Source of the DNA: Rhynchobatus australiae
Taxonomy: Eukaryota
NCBI GenBank assembly: GCA_034780895.1
Contig: JAUZTB010000066.1
Span: forward strand, 25,343,219-25,406,359
DNA: 63,141 bases
Reading direction: 5' to 3'
Shown here: positions 50,458-63,141 of the stretch, in pieces
Layout of the letters: every line of letters starts with the position of its first letter
Position numbering within the stretch: the first letter of the stretch is position 1
Position numbers and translations under genes: made by a program
Notes under the pieces: generated by a model
What the model saw: the letters and a program-made list of their open reading frames with translations, nothing else
Told to the model about the DNA's origin: nothing
Database searches by the model: none

Positions 50458-51729
50458 GTATGTTGTTTCATGTTCAAAGATATGGAGCACAGACTGTTGT
50501 TAGACGATTTAAAAATAAGCATCAAGCAATCAGCTTTTCAAAACTTTTAATATGCGGAATTAAACACAATGGAACTTTATCCTCCGCTGCAATATCTGCC
50601 AAGGTTGCACATATGTAAGCCCTGTTATAATCTTGAATTTCTGGGGGAAAAAATGCTTTTACAAATGAATATGATGCCCTTTCACTTAAACTAAATTCCA
50701 TGCATGAGATCCCATGATGATGTTAATAGGNNNNNNNNNNNNNNNNNNNNNNNNNNNNNNNNNNNNNNNNNNNNNNNNNNNNNNNNNNNNNNNNNNNNNN
50801 NNNNNNNNNNNNNNNNNNNNNNNNNNNNNNCCATGATGATGTTAATAGGGTATGCCAGACAATAGTGAGGTGGCAGAGAAGAAACTTCTTCAAGTGCAAG
50901 TTTCATGTGTTTGCGGAGCAGATTAAGTGTGGAGTATTGGGGAGAAAGGTGATGGCAGTCCTTGTTCCTAAAATCTTCTATCCATTGATTTGAGCTTCTA
51001 TGCAAGATGGTATTCAGAGTAAACTTTCCTTTTGCATGAAAGTTTCACTGTGATGGCAAGTATCTACATTTAGCTGGGGGTGGGGGGGACAGTTTATACA
51101 AACTTTCCTACTTGATAGTAACTTCAGGCAACTGAAAGGATATATATATCTGTAATGGAGGAAGTAGTATGATTATTATTTAGCTTTCTCATTTTTTTGA
51201 AAATTGTTAACTGTATTTTCCCCCCCAGAATAATTCCAGAAATACTGGGAAAGGATGTGTTTTACTTGCTGTGGGTGAAGCCTCAGCGTTACTAAATCTA
51301 GTTTTTCCTCATGAATTTCTTTCCATGTTTCCAGGGTCTTAGCTGGTTTATGGAGAAATCTCCTGAGGATTTTGTTACATGTGCGTAACCCCAGATAATG
51401 CTATGAAATGCTGGGCTGAATAGCACAAGCCTGTTAGCCCGTTACTGCAGTGTGGAAGTACAGAATGCACTGGAGGTCTGTCACAGTTCCATTTGACCTC
51501 CTGCTCCATCCCTGGACTTGCCATAAAGTCCATGGTGTTCCATAATTTAGTGAGCCAAGGAGCTGATGGCCTATCTATCAGAACTCCATTCATTTGAATG
51601 AGCTCACTGATGTTCATTAAAATAAGGTTAGCACTTCTTTGTTTTTTATTTCTTTTGTTTTCTTAATTAATGGCAGTTTAATATCTTTATAAATCGTATT
51701 CAATCTAAATCTGTTTCTAGTACTTTTAA

Positions 51730-52640
51730 GTGTCAGTTTGTCAGATACAATTAAAAATGGCAAAATTGGTCTTTTGCTCGCCCAAGCTAATAAACTATAA
51801 TATTCCAGCGCACACTTGACTTGTGCCTTGAATGGAGATTCATTGATTAATGGTTGCCCAGAGAAATTTCTACAACAATGTCCTGGGCTATAGTGATTGG
51901 TTTTCACCAACCATCCCCCTTTATTGCTAGGTATTTGACAATAGTCAGCAGAGATTCCCATTGACCCCAAGTTTACTTGGGCTCCTTGATTCCATATTTC
52001 ATCAGTTGTCATTTTGATGTCAAGGATGTCAGTTTGGATGTAAATTCCACCTCGTGTGAAATTTAAGTCTTCATATTTGGTTTGAAGCTGGAAGGCAGCT
52101 GACGTAATACCGTGTGGTCCTGCCAAAACCAAGCATTGATGAATGGGTGATTAAGATTCTCATTATCACTGGCAATGACAGCTACAGTTATTTTGCTGCT
52201 GATTCACAAGTGATTGATAAGGCACTAACTGGCAGCATTTGAGGTTTATTTCCCAGCTGAGAAGTTTTCCACTTTGGGTACTTCCTTGTATTTGGCTTAC
52301 TGGAACAACTTGGCTAATGACACAGCTGGTTACAGGGCAGAAGTAGTACCTTTGCCAGGATGTTGAGAAGGCCCAAAACCATTGTGTACCCAGGACATTT
52401 AGCTGTTTGTCATCACATGAAGTGAACTGAATTGGTTGCAGTATTAGGGGCCCAAGGAAAGGTTGAGATCCACTCAGCTGAATGTACATGCTTTATCTCT
52501 TAACTTTATTTTGATTTTTATTCATATGCTCAGCTGTCATCATTGTTTAGAACAGAGATATTTGTAGAGTTTTCTCCTTCCAAAATTGCTTAATAGTCCA
52601 CCACATTTCACAACTGCATATAGCATGCATACAGGCCTGG
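51730..52640 (-). mobile_element. Degraded LINE RT fragment
   Basis: ILDIKMTTDEIWNQGAQVNLGSMGI resembles ALDIKAAFDRVWHQGALVKLKSMGI. Confidence 0.55.
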
Positions 52641-53190
52641 ATTGTTTGGGAATTGCTTGTCTCATTCAAGTCCGAAACTGGTCCAGCTATCTCTTGAATG
52701 TATGCTGCAAATCATGGTTCACTACATGAACTGACAGCCTGTCCAGTAATAATAAAACAGAAAAAAATGACAGATTAATACAACTAATAGAAAAACTGAA
52801 TTGGTCACGCGAGCTTCACAAGTTAGATTAATACCATCCACATGATCACTNNNNNNNNNNNNNNNNNNNNNNNNNNNNNNNNNNNNNNNNNNNNNNNNNN
52901 NNNNNNNNNNNNNNNNNNNNNNNNNNNNNNNNNNNNNNNNNNNNNNNNNNTAATACCATCCACATGATCACTAATAAGCAATAATTCCTAAAATCTGATA
53001 TCACTATTGGTGCTTTTACTTGTACTATTTTGACTTGGAACTGAATGATTTTATTGTTTAAAGACTTTTACACTTAATTAAGGTTTTTATATAAAGTTGA
53101 ATGCAAGTATTCTTGTAGGTCTGCCTGCTTAAGGATTTTGATGCATAAGTGTTTTGGGTGATCTTTGAACTCCTGCATGTTGTTCCCCAG

Positions 53191-53357
53191 GTGTCATTTC
53201 TCTACATTTAAACAGTGTCAGGAATGGCTGAAGAGATTAAACAAAGTAATTGCTCACCCGACCATACTGGAAGATTTGTTTGCCTTTGCGTATCATGCTT
53301 GGTGCTTGGGAATCTGTGCTGATGAGGAAGATCAGCATGTGCATCTCTGCCACCCTG
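53191..53357 (+). CDS. MTMR4: MTMR4 exon CHFSTFKQCQEWLKRLNKVIAHPTILEDLFAFAYHAWCLGICADEEDQHVHLCHP
   Basis: gttccccAG acceptor, G|GTGAGT donor, 167 nt, phase 2-1. Confidence 0.95.
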
Positions 53358-56018
53358 GTGAGTCAAAACTTAATGGTTGTTGATTGAATGGTGGGTCAGA
53401 GAGAACATGGGTCAGACGCTGTGATAAGTAATGAGAAGAGCTTATTTTGTTTTTATTTTCAATGGTTCACATTATGCTCTATNNNNNNNNNNNNNNNNNN
53501 NNNNNNNNNNNNNNNNNNNNNNNNNNNNNNNNNNNNNNNNNNNNNNNNNNNNNNNNNNNNNNNNNNNNNNNNNNNNNNNNNNNNNNNNNNNNNNNNNNNN
53601 NNNNNNNNNNNNNNNNNNNNNNNNNNNNNNNNNNNNNNNNNNNNNNNNNNNNNNNNNNNNNNNNNNNNNNNNNNNNNNNNNNNNNNNNNNNNNNNNNNNN
53701 NNNNNNNNNNNNNNNNNNNNNNNNNNNNNNNNNNNNNNNNNNNNNNNNNNNNNNNNNNNNNNNNNNNNNNNNNNNNNNNNNNNNNNNNNNNNNNNNNNNN
53801 NNNNNNNNNNNNNNNNNNNNNNNNNNNNNNNNNNNNNNNNNNNNNNNNNNNNNNNNNNNNNNNNNNNNNNNNNNNNNNNNNNNNNNNNNNNNNNNGTACA
53901 TTTGTCCCAGAGGATAATGTGACTTAAATATTCAGAAGGTTGAACCGAGCCTGGCATCCCTTAATTTCTCTTCCTCTCCCACATATTCATATAATATTCA
54001 TGCTAATAGAAATTGAGCTTCGCTACCCTTTTCCTTTCCTGCTTCATTATTCTTTTCTCCTCTTCACCCATCTGCAACTTTGATCTTCTATTCTTATCAA
54101 AGAAATTGTTCATTTCTTAACCAGTTCACCATTACCTTCGGTTGAATGCCTCTCCCTCATGAGCAAACTTCAAGCTGGACATTCTTGCTGCCGTCATGTG
54201 TGCAGGTGCACTCCCCCATTGCTGTTGGTGGAGGCTGGTACTAGGGCCGGTGGTGGAGAGGGCTGGTGGCCATGGTGGGAAAGCTGCAATAATAAATGAT
54301 AGATGAAGGGAAGTGAGCCTGCACACATGCAGGTTAATGTTGATTGATGTGAAACATCATAATATAATATTTTGAAGAAGAAGAGACAAAAGAAATGTGC
54401 TTGCCAGAGAGATTTACTTCCTGCTGCAGTGGAACCTTGGCTTGGATATGGGTTGCCAATGACGAGAAGGATCCTCTCCCGTATTCCATAGAACTGAGCA
54501 CAAAATGGCCTTTGTCACATCGGGTTACCCTTTTGACATCCACTGTCACTGCAATAACTTGATAATCAGGACCTTCCTAAATGAGTGGCTGCATGTATGG
54601 ATTTTGGACTGTGTGATTGTGGCTGTCTGTAGCATTGCTGTTTGTGAAATGGAGTTCTATGGGATGGGAGTGACTGTGTACCAAAGTACTGCAGCTACAT
54701 ACAGTACCCATGAGGAAGAGTTTTCTTGAGGTAGAGCTCTTGCCTTCCCCATGCAATTTCACAAAATGTAATATTTCTTCCCTCAGTGCTCTATGCTTTC
54801 TCAATGTCACTCCGGAGGTCATCACATGTGCAACCATTTGCTGCCCTCTCCTGTTGGTAGCCCTGAGTGCTTCTGGTTTTGGTTCTAACCTATCTCCAGT
54901 TATATAGCATCTCTCTCAAACAGTATTTGAGTGTCACCGGCTTTGAATCATGTTATTCATTCTCTGTTTTCTTCCCTCCAAGCAATACATGGTATCAGGT
55001 GTTGCCATTGGAATGTAATGGCGATTCTCCTTTCAGGGACTGACGCTCTGCTGCAGCTATCTGCTAGCACTTGCTTAAAATTCTCAAAGTCAGCATTGTG
55101 GTTTGCACTGCGTTACATGTATGGAAGCATTTCTTGGGGGAACAAAAAAAAAACAGGTTGATGTGTCTGCCTTATGATTGTGATTATAATCCAAAGAGTT
55201 GAATTGATACAGAGATATTGTTCAAAGATTATTTAAATCTCAAAAAACAAAGCACATGGGTTTTCAGCTACCAGTGTCTCGCCCTTGCCACATCTTGCAA
55301 AATGTTTAGTCAAGCTTGAGGAAAATGTTGACCATCCATGGTCTTGCTCAAAAAATGTCACATAATTCATAATGTGACAGAAACCTGACAGTACAGGTCC
55401 TCCCCAGGTTATGACAAGGTTCTGTTCCTGTAACTCAGACAGTTCACAAGTCAGAAAAGTTCCCAAGCAGCAGAAGATGCCTGCAGCCCCACAGCAGATG
55501 GCATATCCATCCCATTGCCCAAACACTCATTTGTCAGTACAGGCTGTACGTAAATCAAGTGTTCTAAACCTGGAGAGGACCTGTACTGATGAAATCTCTC
55601 TCTTATCTTGTTTTATACTTCACCAGTTCCTTCAATTATATGGTCATTATCACCCCATGGAAAACTCATAAGCCCCATTCTTTAAAAAGGATAAACTTCT
55701 CTGTTAGTCCCTAAAGATCCATTGTTGTACTTATTGTGCTATTATCAGCTTTTAAAGCCAGCAACAGATCAAACCATTTTTGAGCTGAAGGGAGCAGCAG
55801 TATGTTTAACAATGTATGCTACATTATAATCTGCTCCAGTAAATTCCAACCCATTATATCACACCATTCCTTTACATAAGTATTATACCACATACAGTAT
55901 GCTTCCAGCGTCAGTTACAGAAGTTGTGTTACACTAATGTCAAAGTTCAGGCTTTTTTTTGTGTGTATGTGTATATTACATTACACACACTCTGATTCCA
56001 GTGCCACTCATAAATTTC

Positions 56019-56278
56019 ACAGTGTAGTGGTTAGCGTAATGTTTTACAGCACCAGCGATCCAGGTTCAATTCCGGCCTCTGTCTGTAAGGAGTTTGTACA
56101 TTCTCCCCATGTCTGGTTGGGTTTCCTCCAGGCACTTTGGTTTCCTCCAGGCACTTTGGTTTCCTCCCACATTACAAAGATGTGCGNNNNNNNNNNNNNN
56201 NNNNNNNNNNNNNNNNNNNNNNNAAAAGATGCATTTCACTGTGTGTTTCGATGTACATGTGACTAATAAAGATATCTT
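56019..56278 (+). mobile_element. tRNA-derived SINE (HE1/V-SINE-like)
   Basis: AGTGTAGTGGTTAGCG, B-box GGTTCAATTCC 56063-56073, internal ~19-bp duplication, same tail as 37685. Confidence 0.85.
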
Positions 56279-59200
56279 CTCAAGTGATGCTTGCGTCAGC
56301 CATTTGATTGTAATAATGGCTCTTTTTTTTTGGTTGAAGCCTGAATTAGAGAAGTGATCTGCAAAGCATACTTTCATTATTCCTCACCTGATATTCACGA
56401 ACATTTTGTAGGAACTCAGGAAAAAGGAAAGGCTTTCAGGCACTCAAGCCTCTACTGCCATTCAGATCATGACTGAATTGAGTTTCATTTCCATTTACCT
56501 GCCTTGGTTCCACATCTATTACTCCACTTAACTTAAACCTTTCATTGTTTCAAGCAGAATTGTGCAAATAGTGAGCCAAATCCTAGCACCTTGTGAAATT
56601 TGGCACAGGAAATTGCAGGGGAGTGTGATACAGTCCATAAATAGTGAAGATAGCATGGAGCTATACTTTGGGGAATTTTAGAAAGCAGGGCACAGCTGTT
56701 TGTGCATGGAGTCACAGGTTTTCACACTAGTGGAGTAATAAGCTTAAAAAGTGTGGTGCCAAAATTGATTGGCAGAGCATCCAGCAAGTTGAACACAGGA
56801 ACAGAAGTAGGCCATTTTTATGAGCTTTTCTACTTTATCATGCTTAATTTTTGAAAATAATGCACTGCCTACACAATCATTTCAACTTCTTGGTACGATG
56901 TGAGTATGTGCAATAAAACAGATTGACAAAGGAAAGTTTTCAATGTGGATGTGGGCCCAAGAAGCCACTGGTTGTTGGTGCCCCTCTGCTGCTTTGGTAG
57001 ATGGCTTATGGAGTCTAATGAGGCAGTGTGAACTTCCACTAGCTGGGAAGCTAAGCCAAGTACTATGGCCGCTCCAAACGAATAGGAGAAATTAGCTGCT
57101 GCAAAAATGATAAGAAATTATTCTTTAAAATTAGTTTCAATATTAACCGAGTTTTAGTTATTGAAAATTATAGTTAGATTTTCACATTAATGTAGGTATG
57201 TTTTGTTCTGACATTAAGTATAAAGGACCTCAAAGCCATTTTGTGTGTGTGTGTATACGCATGCATGCAGGTACTACATAGCTTGTGCACAAAGTTGTCG
57301 ACTGAGTGCACAGAATAAATATATGCCAAGTTGCATAATCACCTTGCAAACCCATTAACTGTATAGAATATGCATATGTTTGAGTCATCTCCATATTTTA
57401 AATATGTGCAAAGAACCTGGAGCTGCGGTGTTGATTATGAAATGCCTANNNNNNNNNNNNNNNNNNNNNNNNNNNNNNNNNNNNNNNNNNNNNNNNNNNN
57501 NNNNNNNNNNNNNNNNNNNNNNNNNNNNNNNNNNNNNNNNNNNNNNNNNNNNNNNNNNNNNNNNNNNNNNNNNNNNNNNNNNNNNNNNNNNNNNNNNNNN
57601 NNNNNNNNNNNNNNNNNNNNNNNNNNNNNNNNNNNNNNNNNNNNNNNNNNNNNNNNNNNNNNNNNNNNNNNNNNNNNNNNNNNNNNNNNNNNNNNNNNNN
57701 NNNNNNNNNNNNNNNNNNNNNNNNNNNNNNNNNNNNNNNNNNNNNNNNNNNNNNNNNNNNNNNNNNNNNNNNNNNNNNNNNNNNNNNNNNNNNNNNNNNN
57801 NNNNNNNNNNNNNNNNNNNNNNNNNNNNNNAATTTTCAAAATAACTAATAAGATTAGATTTTTTGTTTCCTACATGTGGCATAAAGCATGTCATTAATGA
57901 GTACTGTGTAGTAATATGTATACTGTATAGAGTTACAAATGAATGGAAAGCATCTTTCCTTGTGGAAATGAGGGTGATTAATGAACTATAGCTTAAGTTG
58001 TTCAGAAATTCATCGTTCACATGAAGCTATTTAGCAAACAATTTACAAGCCAATTACTGTTTGAAGAGGAGCAAGTTAAAATATCCTGGCCAACATATCT
58101 TTCTCAGACAACTCCAGTTTCTTAAAGTTTTATTCATCATTGGTCTTATTGCTTATTGAACTTGCTGTGAGCCACTTTCACACATCCATTAATAATTTAT
58201 GTAATTTGCAAATACAATAAAGATATTTTATGAACTCCTTTCCCTGTGTAATATCACCAAAAACCTTTGATGTTTCTTGCTTCCATGATATTTTAGGGGG
58301 GTGTGGTATGAGCTAATTCTCATTTAAACCAGTGATTAAACATAACTTTCCTAATGTCCTCCCAATAGCCTAAAGCTCCTCAAAACCAGCAAATCCTTAA
58401 CATGGCAGCCAAATTGTGGATAGTTAAATCCTACAAACAAATTAATAAATGCCCAGTTTGCCTGTACTTGAAGTAGCTGATGGAGAGGGGAATGTAAATT
58501 CAAGATACTGGGTAAGCTCCTCAATATTTCATGTTTTAACACAATTAAATCAGAATGGGTGCTTTCTGGAGAAGACTGCAAATTAGTGCATGTACGGTAG
58601 AGATTCATTGACTGGTAACTTGTAGTAATTTCACATACTTATTCCAGAATTTACTGCCAACTTCATGGTGAAATGACTGCAAATATTGACAGTTATGCCA
58701 TCAAAAGTATGCAAAATCTTGGTCACCAGCCTTGCTTTTAAGTATTCCTGAGATTTGACATGTGCTAGCTGTTTGTTATTTTGCTCTTTGCCAATTTAAA
58801 CGCCTTGAAGAGAAACCTGGGTTACTGTCTTTGTTATTTCCTTAAGGTTCATAAGTGAAATCAGTAACAGGGTAACCAGTGGAATTATGAAATAAGCCAG
58901 AAATGAAACTGACATTGTAATCCATTTAAACATGTCTTGTTTTTTTCAATAGCCTGCCATGTAACTAGTGAAGTTGCTCTTTCAGCTTGTAAACAGCTCA
59001 CAGCTTAGGTTTTAAATAGATATCCCCATAATTTGAACTGTAACCCCAGCCACAGATCGTTACTTGCCAATATTAAAAATAAACTTCAAAGCAACATGAC
59101 CTTCAATTTTTATTGCAACATTGTACACTTAAAAACTGACAAAATACAATTATTTTTGAAATGCATCATGAAATCAAGAACTGGACAAAATGAAGAATAT

Positions 59201-59459
59201 TGAGCATAAGCTGTCTAGTTTTTATATCAATACATACAATACACAAATTCAGTACGTATACACATCCACTACTCATCATTTTCTATTAGTAGACTAACAG
59301 GCAGTGCTCCATACCATCCATTCTACCACACAACCTTCCACATGGTTCTAAAGCTTTCCTTCTCAGCAGAAGCTCCCATGGCTAAGGGATATCCACTTGA
59401 TCATGAAGAAAACCAGTGAGCATCGTGTTATTTGCATTCAGGAGATATGATCATACAGA

Positions 59460-60520
59460 AATTTCAAGATAATATTATAAATATAAATTGGGAGTTGGAG
59501 TCAGCTACTCAAGCCCTTGAGCTTGCTCCACAATTGTATAAGTTCATGACTGATTTAATTACAACCTCAACTATGCATTCCTGTCTGCCTACAGTATCTT
59601 TTCACCCTCTTGTTTATGAAGAATATACCTGCGCCATAAAAATATTTCAAAGACTCTGCTTCTATCACCCTTTTGGGGACGAGTGTTCCTGACCCATTGA
59701 GAGAAAGAAGATTCTCCTCATCTGTTTTAAATGGGTGAGCCCTTATTTTTACGCCCTGGGGGGGGNNNNNNNNNNNNNNNNNNNNNNNNNNNNNNNNNNN
59801 NNNNNNNNNNNNNNNNNNNNNNNNNNNNNNNNNNNNNNNNNNNNNNNNNNNNNNNNNNNNNNNNNTGAGCCCTTATTTTTAAGCAATGACCCCCCCCCCA
59901 CCCCCAAATTATAGATTCTCTCGCAAGAGAAAACCTCTAAATCCATTCTGTCAAAACTCCTCATGATCTTTTGTGTGTTTCAATCAAGTCGCCTCTTGCT
60001 CTTCTAAACTCCAGGAGATCAAGCCTGGCACATCCAACCTATCCTGATAACCTACCTTAGATGACGGAAGCATAACCTTGCTACTTTTGGATTCAATTTC
60101 CCCGGCAATAAACAGTAGCATTATGTTAGCTTTTCTGGTTACTTTGAGAACCTGCATTCCATCTGAGAATCAGGCACATCAGCCAGATCCTCTGCACCTT
60201 GGAGTTCTGCCTTAAATGAAACATTACCTAAATGGTGGTTTTTCTTTTTCATGCCAAAATGGGCAATTTCACGTTTTCCCACATTATTCTCCACTTAACC
60301 AATCTGTATACCTCTGTAGCCTCTGTATGTCCCTTGAACAACATACTTTCCAACCGATGTGTCCATCAACAAATTTAGCAACTGTTGATTTGGATGAAGG
60401 ATAAAAATAATTAGTATAAATTATGAAAGTTTGGGGCCACAGTACCGATACCTATGGCACACCACATCCCTCTCCTATTTCCTGTTAGCCAGCCATTCTT
60501 TTATCCATACTGTATTAAAT
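59460..60520 (-). mobile_element. CR1-like LINE 3' region
   Basis: Reverse CR1 tail; minus frame MRSFDRMDLEVF. Confidence 0.7.
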
Positions 60521-61548
60521 TGGGTTGCTAAAAGACCCTAGATTGCTGTACATAAATTATTTTTGTGTACAGTGGAGGTCGATGTATAATAGTACATACT
60601 TTACATTAGGTGGGTTTTGCTCAATGTAGATCTCTCTCTCTCTCTCTCAGTAAAGATGTTCCAGATTTAAACCTGATTTAATGGATGGGTAGCTTGTATC
60701 TTTTCTCTGTCACTAGGTGGAGGGATGAAAACTAAAAGGTTTCTGCCTCTGAACATTATCCAGTGATCCCTTCTGAGGTGCATTTTTTTTCGTAGATGAA
60801 GTGTGCTTGGCTGCAAAGTCCAGTGTTAAATATCCTATCAATGAGGCTAGATTACGGAGAAAGTTTGATAAATATGCTAATTCTAAAACACAGTTATTTA
60901 AAAGTAATAATCTGCTGAGTTTCATTTAAATAATGCATGCCAGTGGCAAAGCACTATGATTGCTGCTGCAATGGAATTTATTTTGGACATTCTCATTTTT
61001 TTGTGAATTGTCTTGGTAGTGTTTAGATTTTCACATTAAGAATGACCATGTAAGTCCAATACCTGAGCAAACTATACTAGATATCTCTGCTATGATGTCT
61101 CAGCAAGCGCAAGTGTTTTTTGAAGGGAAGATGAATAGGCTGTGAATTAATATTTGTTGTGCAATTGTAAAATATAAAGCCTTGATGTTTACTTCTCATA
61201 AAATATGGCGCATCACCTACTAGTAATTCTGTGCAAACATAGTCCCTTAAAGGATGTACAAACTGAAATATATCTTTTCGGGCTGAGTTCTCTGTTTCCA
61301 AGTTCTGGCTTTAAATTTCCTTGCATTCAGCAACAAAAGGAGGGGCATTTTCTCAATCTGGATTTTTCATAATAGGTTAATGTCATTTCATTCACTGTTT
61401 TGAGGGCCTACGTAAATCTCTGCATGAATGTATATGTGACATTTAATTGAACTAAATGATTTTGAATATTGGGAATGCAAAAGTACTGAGATACTTTGTG
61501 GTTACTTTGATGAGTGACTTTTTAACATAGTGTTACATTTTCCTCTAG

Positions 61549-61733
61549 ACACCTGCGGAATGGTGCTGTCATATCACGCTGCAGTCAGCCAGAAATCAGC
61601 TGGTGGGGTTGGAGAAATGCGGATGATGAATATCTGGTGACATCCATTGCAAAAGCCTGCATTTTGGATCGAGGAACCAAGATGAATGGAAAGGGCAAGA
61701 ATGAGGGAACTGATCTGTCTGATGCAGAATTTG
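61549..61733 (+). CDS. MTMR4: MTMR4 exon HLRNGAVISRCSQPEISWWGWRNADDEYLVTSIAKACILDRGTKMNGKGKNEGTDLSDAEF
   Basis: ttttcctctAG acceptor, G|GTGAGA donor, 185 nt, phase 2-1; RCSQP myotubularin motif. Confidence 0.95.
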
Positions 61734-62452
61734 GTGAGAAACAGACAGGAAAGCTTTCTTGTGCTTAATTGGAAAGCAGGTTTTAATTGAGAGATGTTAA
61801 TTGTTCTGATATGTCCTCTTTCTAAAGGTGTTAATTTATGCTAGAATAAAGCATGGATGCCCTCCAACTTGTTGCATAACTGGCCATTCAGGCATGTCAG
61901 CCAAGAGCTAAATTAAACTCTGTAAGCATTCCAGTCAGGTCCAGTCTTGCGCCTGCTGATGTACATATGCGGGCACTTCCCGTAACAGCACAAACAGCCA
62001 TTCGCATCTATTTTTAAAAAATTTTAACTTCTAGACCTAGTGAACTGTTTTCTGGAAACTTGATTGATGATAACATTAAAGATAAGGGAGAAAAAAAAGT
62101 GCCCTTACAAAAACAGAGATAAGCGAGGTTAGCTATTTGTGCAACGTCATACACTCGTGAGAGACAAATTCAAGCCAATGATCTTGCATATTGCTGAGAT
62201 AAATCCAAGTTACAGAGCACGGCCCAACCCTTTCCTTTCAGGAAAGGAATGATGGCTGAAATAGATGCATCTAGCTTAATGGGATCTGAAGAAATCAGTG
62301 GGCTGACAATAAGACGATAAGCTCCAAGTCCCTCCTTCCTATTCCCCTTCCCCCCCCACTGCCTAGTATTTCTTTTGCCATGCCTGTTGATGGGTTGAAG
62401 ATCAAGCTGGTGTTGTGGCTGAAAATTACATTGTACCAATCTTTTGTCCTAG

Positions 62453-62578
62453 ATTCATCCATTACAGGATCTGTGGCAGAGAGTGGAGGAACCCCGCAGA
62501 AGTTGCTTATTCTGGATGCAAGGTCATACACTGCAGCTGTAGCCAACCGTGCAAAGGGTGGAGGTTGTGAGTGCGAAG
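62453..62578 (+). CDS. MTMR4: MTMR4 exon (D)SSITGSVAESGGTPQKLLILDARSYTAAVANRAKGGGCECE
   Basis: ttttgtcctAG acceptor, AAG|GTATGC donor, 126 nt, phase 1-1; DAR...AN..KGGG myotubularin motif. Confidence 0.95.
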
Positions 62579-62717
62579 GTATGCATTGTACAGTGACGGA
62601 GTATGTGTCTGTGAACCCAAGAGGTGAATTGCATCCCCAGGCTGAAGTAAGTTAAATCCATTGCCTCAGGCAATAGATGTTGAAAGAGCACTATGTTCAC
62701 AGTAGGGTTAATACTGT

Positions 62718-63020
62718 AGGGCGACACTGTGGCACAGCAGTTGGTGCCGGTGCCATTGCCTTGCCACTCCAAGGATCTAGCTTTGATCAAGTTCCACTGC
62801 ATGCTCTGGTTTCCTCCCACATCTGGTAGGTTAATTTTCTGATATGAATTGCCTGTTAGTGTAGGTAAGTGGCAAAGAACCAAAGGAGAGTCAGTGGGCT
62901 TGTGAGAGAGTATAGGTCACAGGGCTTCAGGGAAATAAGGAGAGGGAAAATGGGACTGATGTGGTTGCTCTGCAGGGAGGTGACATAGACTCCAGTGGGT
63001 CAAGTAGCCTCTTGCGTTGT
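62718..63020 (+). mobile_element. Decayed HE1/V-SINE-like SINE
   Basis: ggcgacactgtggcacagc...tgctctggtttcctcccacatc...aattgcc.gttagtgtaggt. Confidence 0.6.
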
Positions 63021-63141
63021 AATAAGTAATAGTCTAGAGAACTTTGTATCAGGATGTAACTCTTGAAAGAATGTTAAAGAATGCTACTGCATGTGTCTCA
63101 ATACATTATTATTCCTATCAATCCGATCATACCCCACCCCC

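Larger units (their letters stand above)
15225..62578 (+). other. MTMR4: MTMR4 gene, 5' coding part (PH-GRAM region plus start of the myotubularin phosphatase domain); 3' part lies outside the window
   Basis: Spliced exons give GEEGPPSLEYIQAKDLFP...SRDMFQLHIVCKDSKVVRCHFSTFKQCQEWL...RCSQPEISWWGWRNADDEYLV...QKLLILDARSYTAAVANRAKGGGCECE. The N-terminus is MTMR4-type rather than MTMR3-type (MDEETRHSLEC..., recalled). Confidence 0.93.

Noticed and set aside
526-58020. Long ORFs in the track that span N runs (e.g. 526-1239, 4362-5024, 17096-18022, 40514-41251, 53388-53927, 57385-58020)
   Set aside because: Their length comes from X codons in assembly gaps; there is no coding evidence.
34407-62578. 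Assignment as MTMR3
   Set aside because: GEEGPPSLEYIQAKDLFP, DDEYLVTSIAKAC and the MSL..VSCSML.CF exon match recalled MTMR4 rather than MTMR3.

Overview
Eukaryotic, AT-rich, gap-rich vertebrate genomic DNA. The repeat repertoire (CR1-like, Rex1/Babar, RTE and Penelope-like retroelements, HE1/V-SINE-like SINEs) suggests a cartilaginous fish (inference). The window holds the 5' half of a + strand myotubularin-related gene, MTMR4. It has a CpG-rich putative promoter (~5.7-7.3 kb) and two alternative start-codon exons (MGTET at 15.2 kb; MSLAAHVSCSMLNCF at 27.4 kb). Six core coding exons (34.4-62.6 kb) have canonical splice sites. An in-frame 33/21-nt candidate microexon sits at 48.6 kb. About 70 codons expected between 53.4 and 61.5 kb are not visible and probably lie in N gaps. 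The gene continues beyond the window. Introns are full of decayed retroelements; several short Penelope-derived repeats carry minimal type I hammerhead ribozyme motifs, mostly CpG-decayed. No prokaryotic-type system (CRISPR, operon) is present. The most interesting signals are isoform architecture, ribozyme-bearing repeats and a templated fold-back insertion. Homology calls rest on recalled protein motifs, not database searches, and repeat boundaries are approximate.
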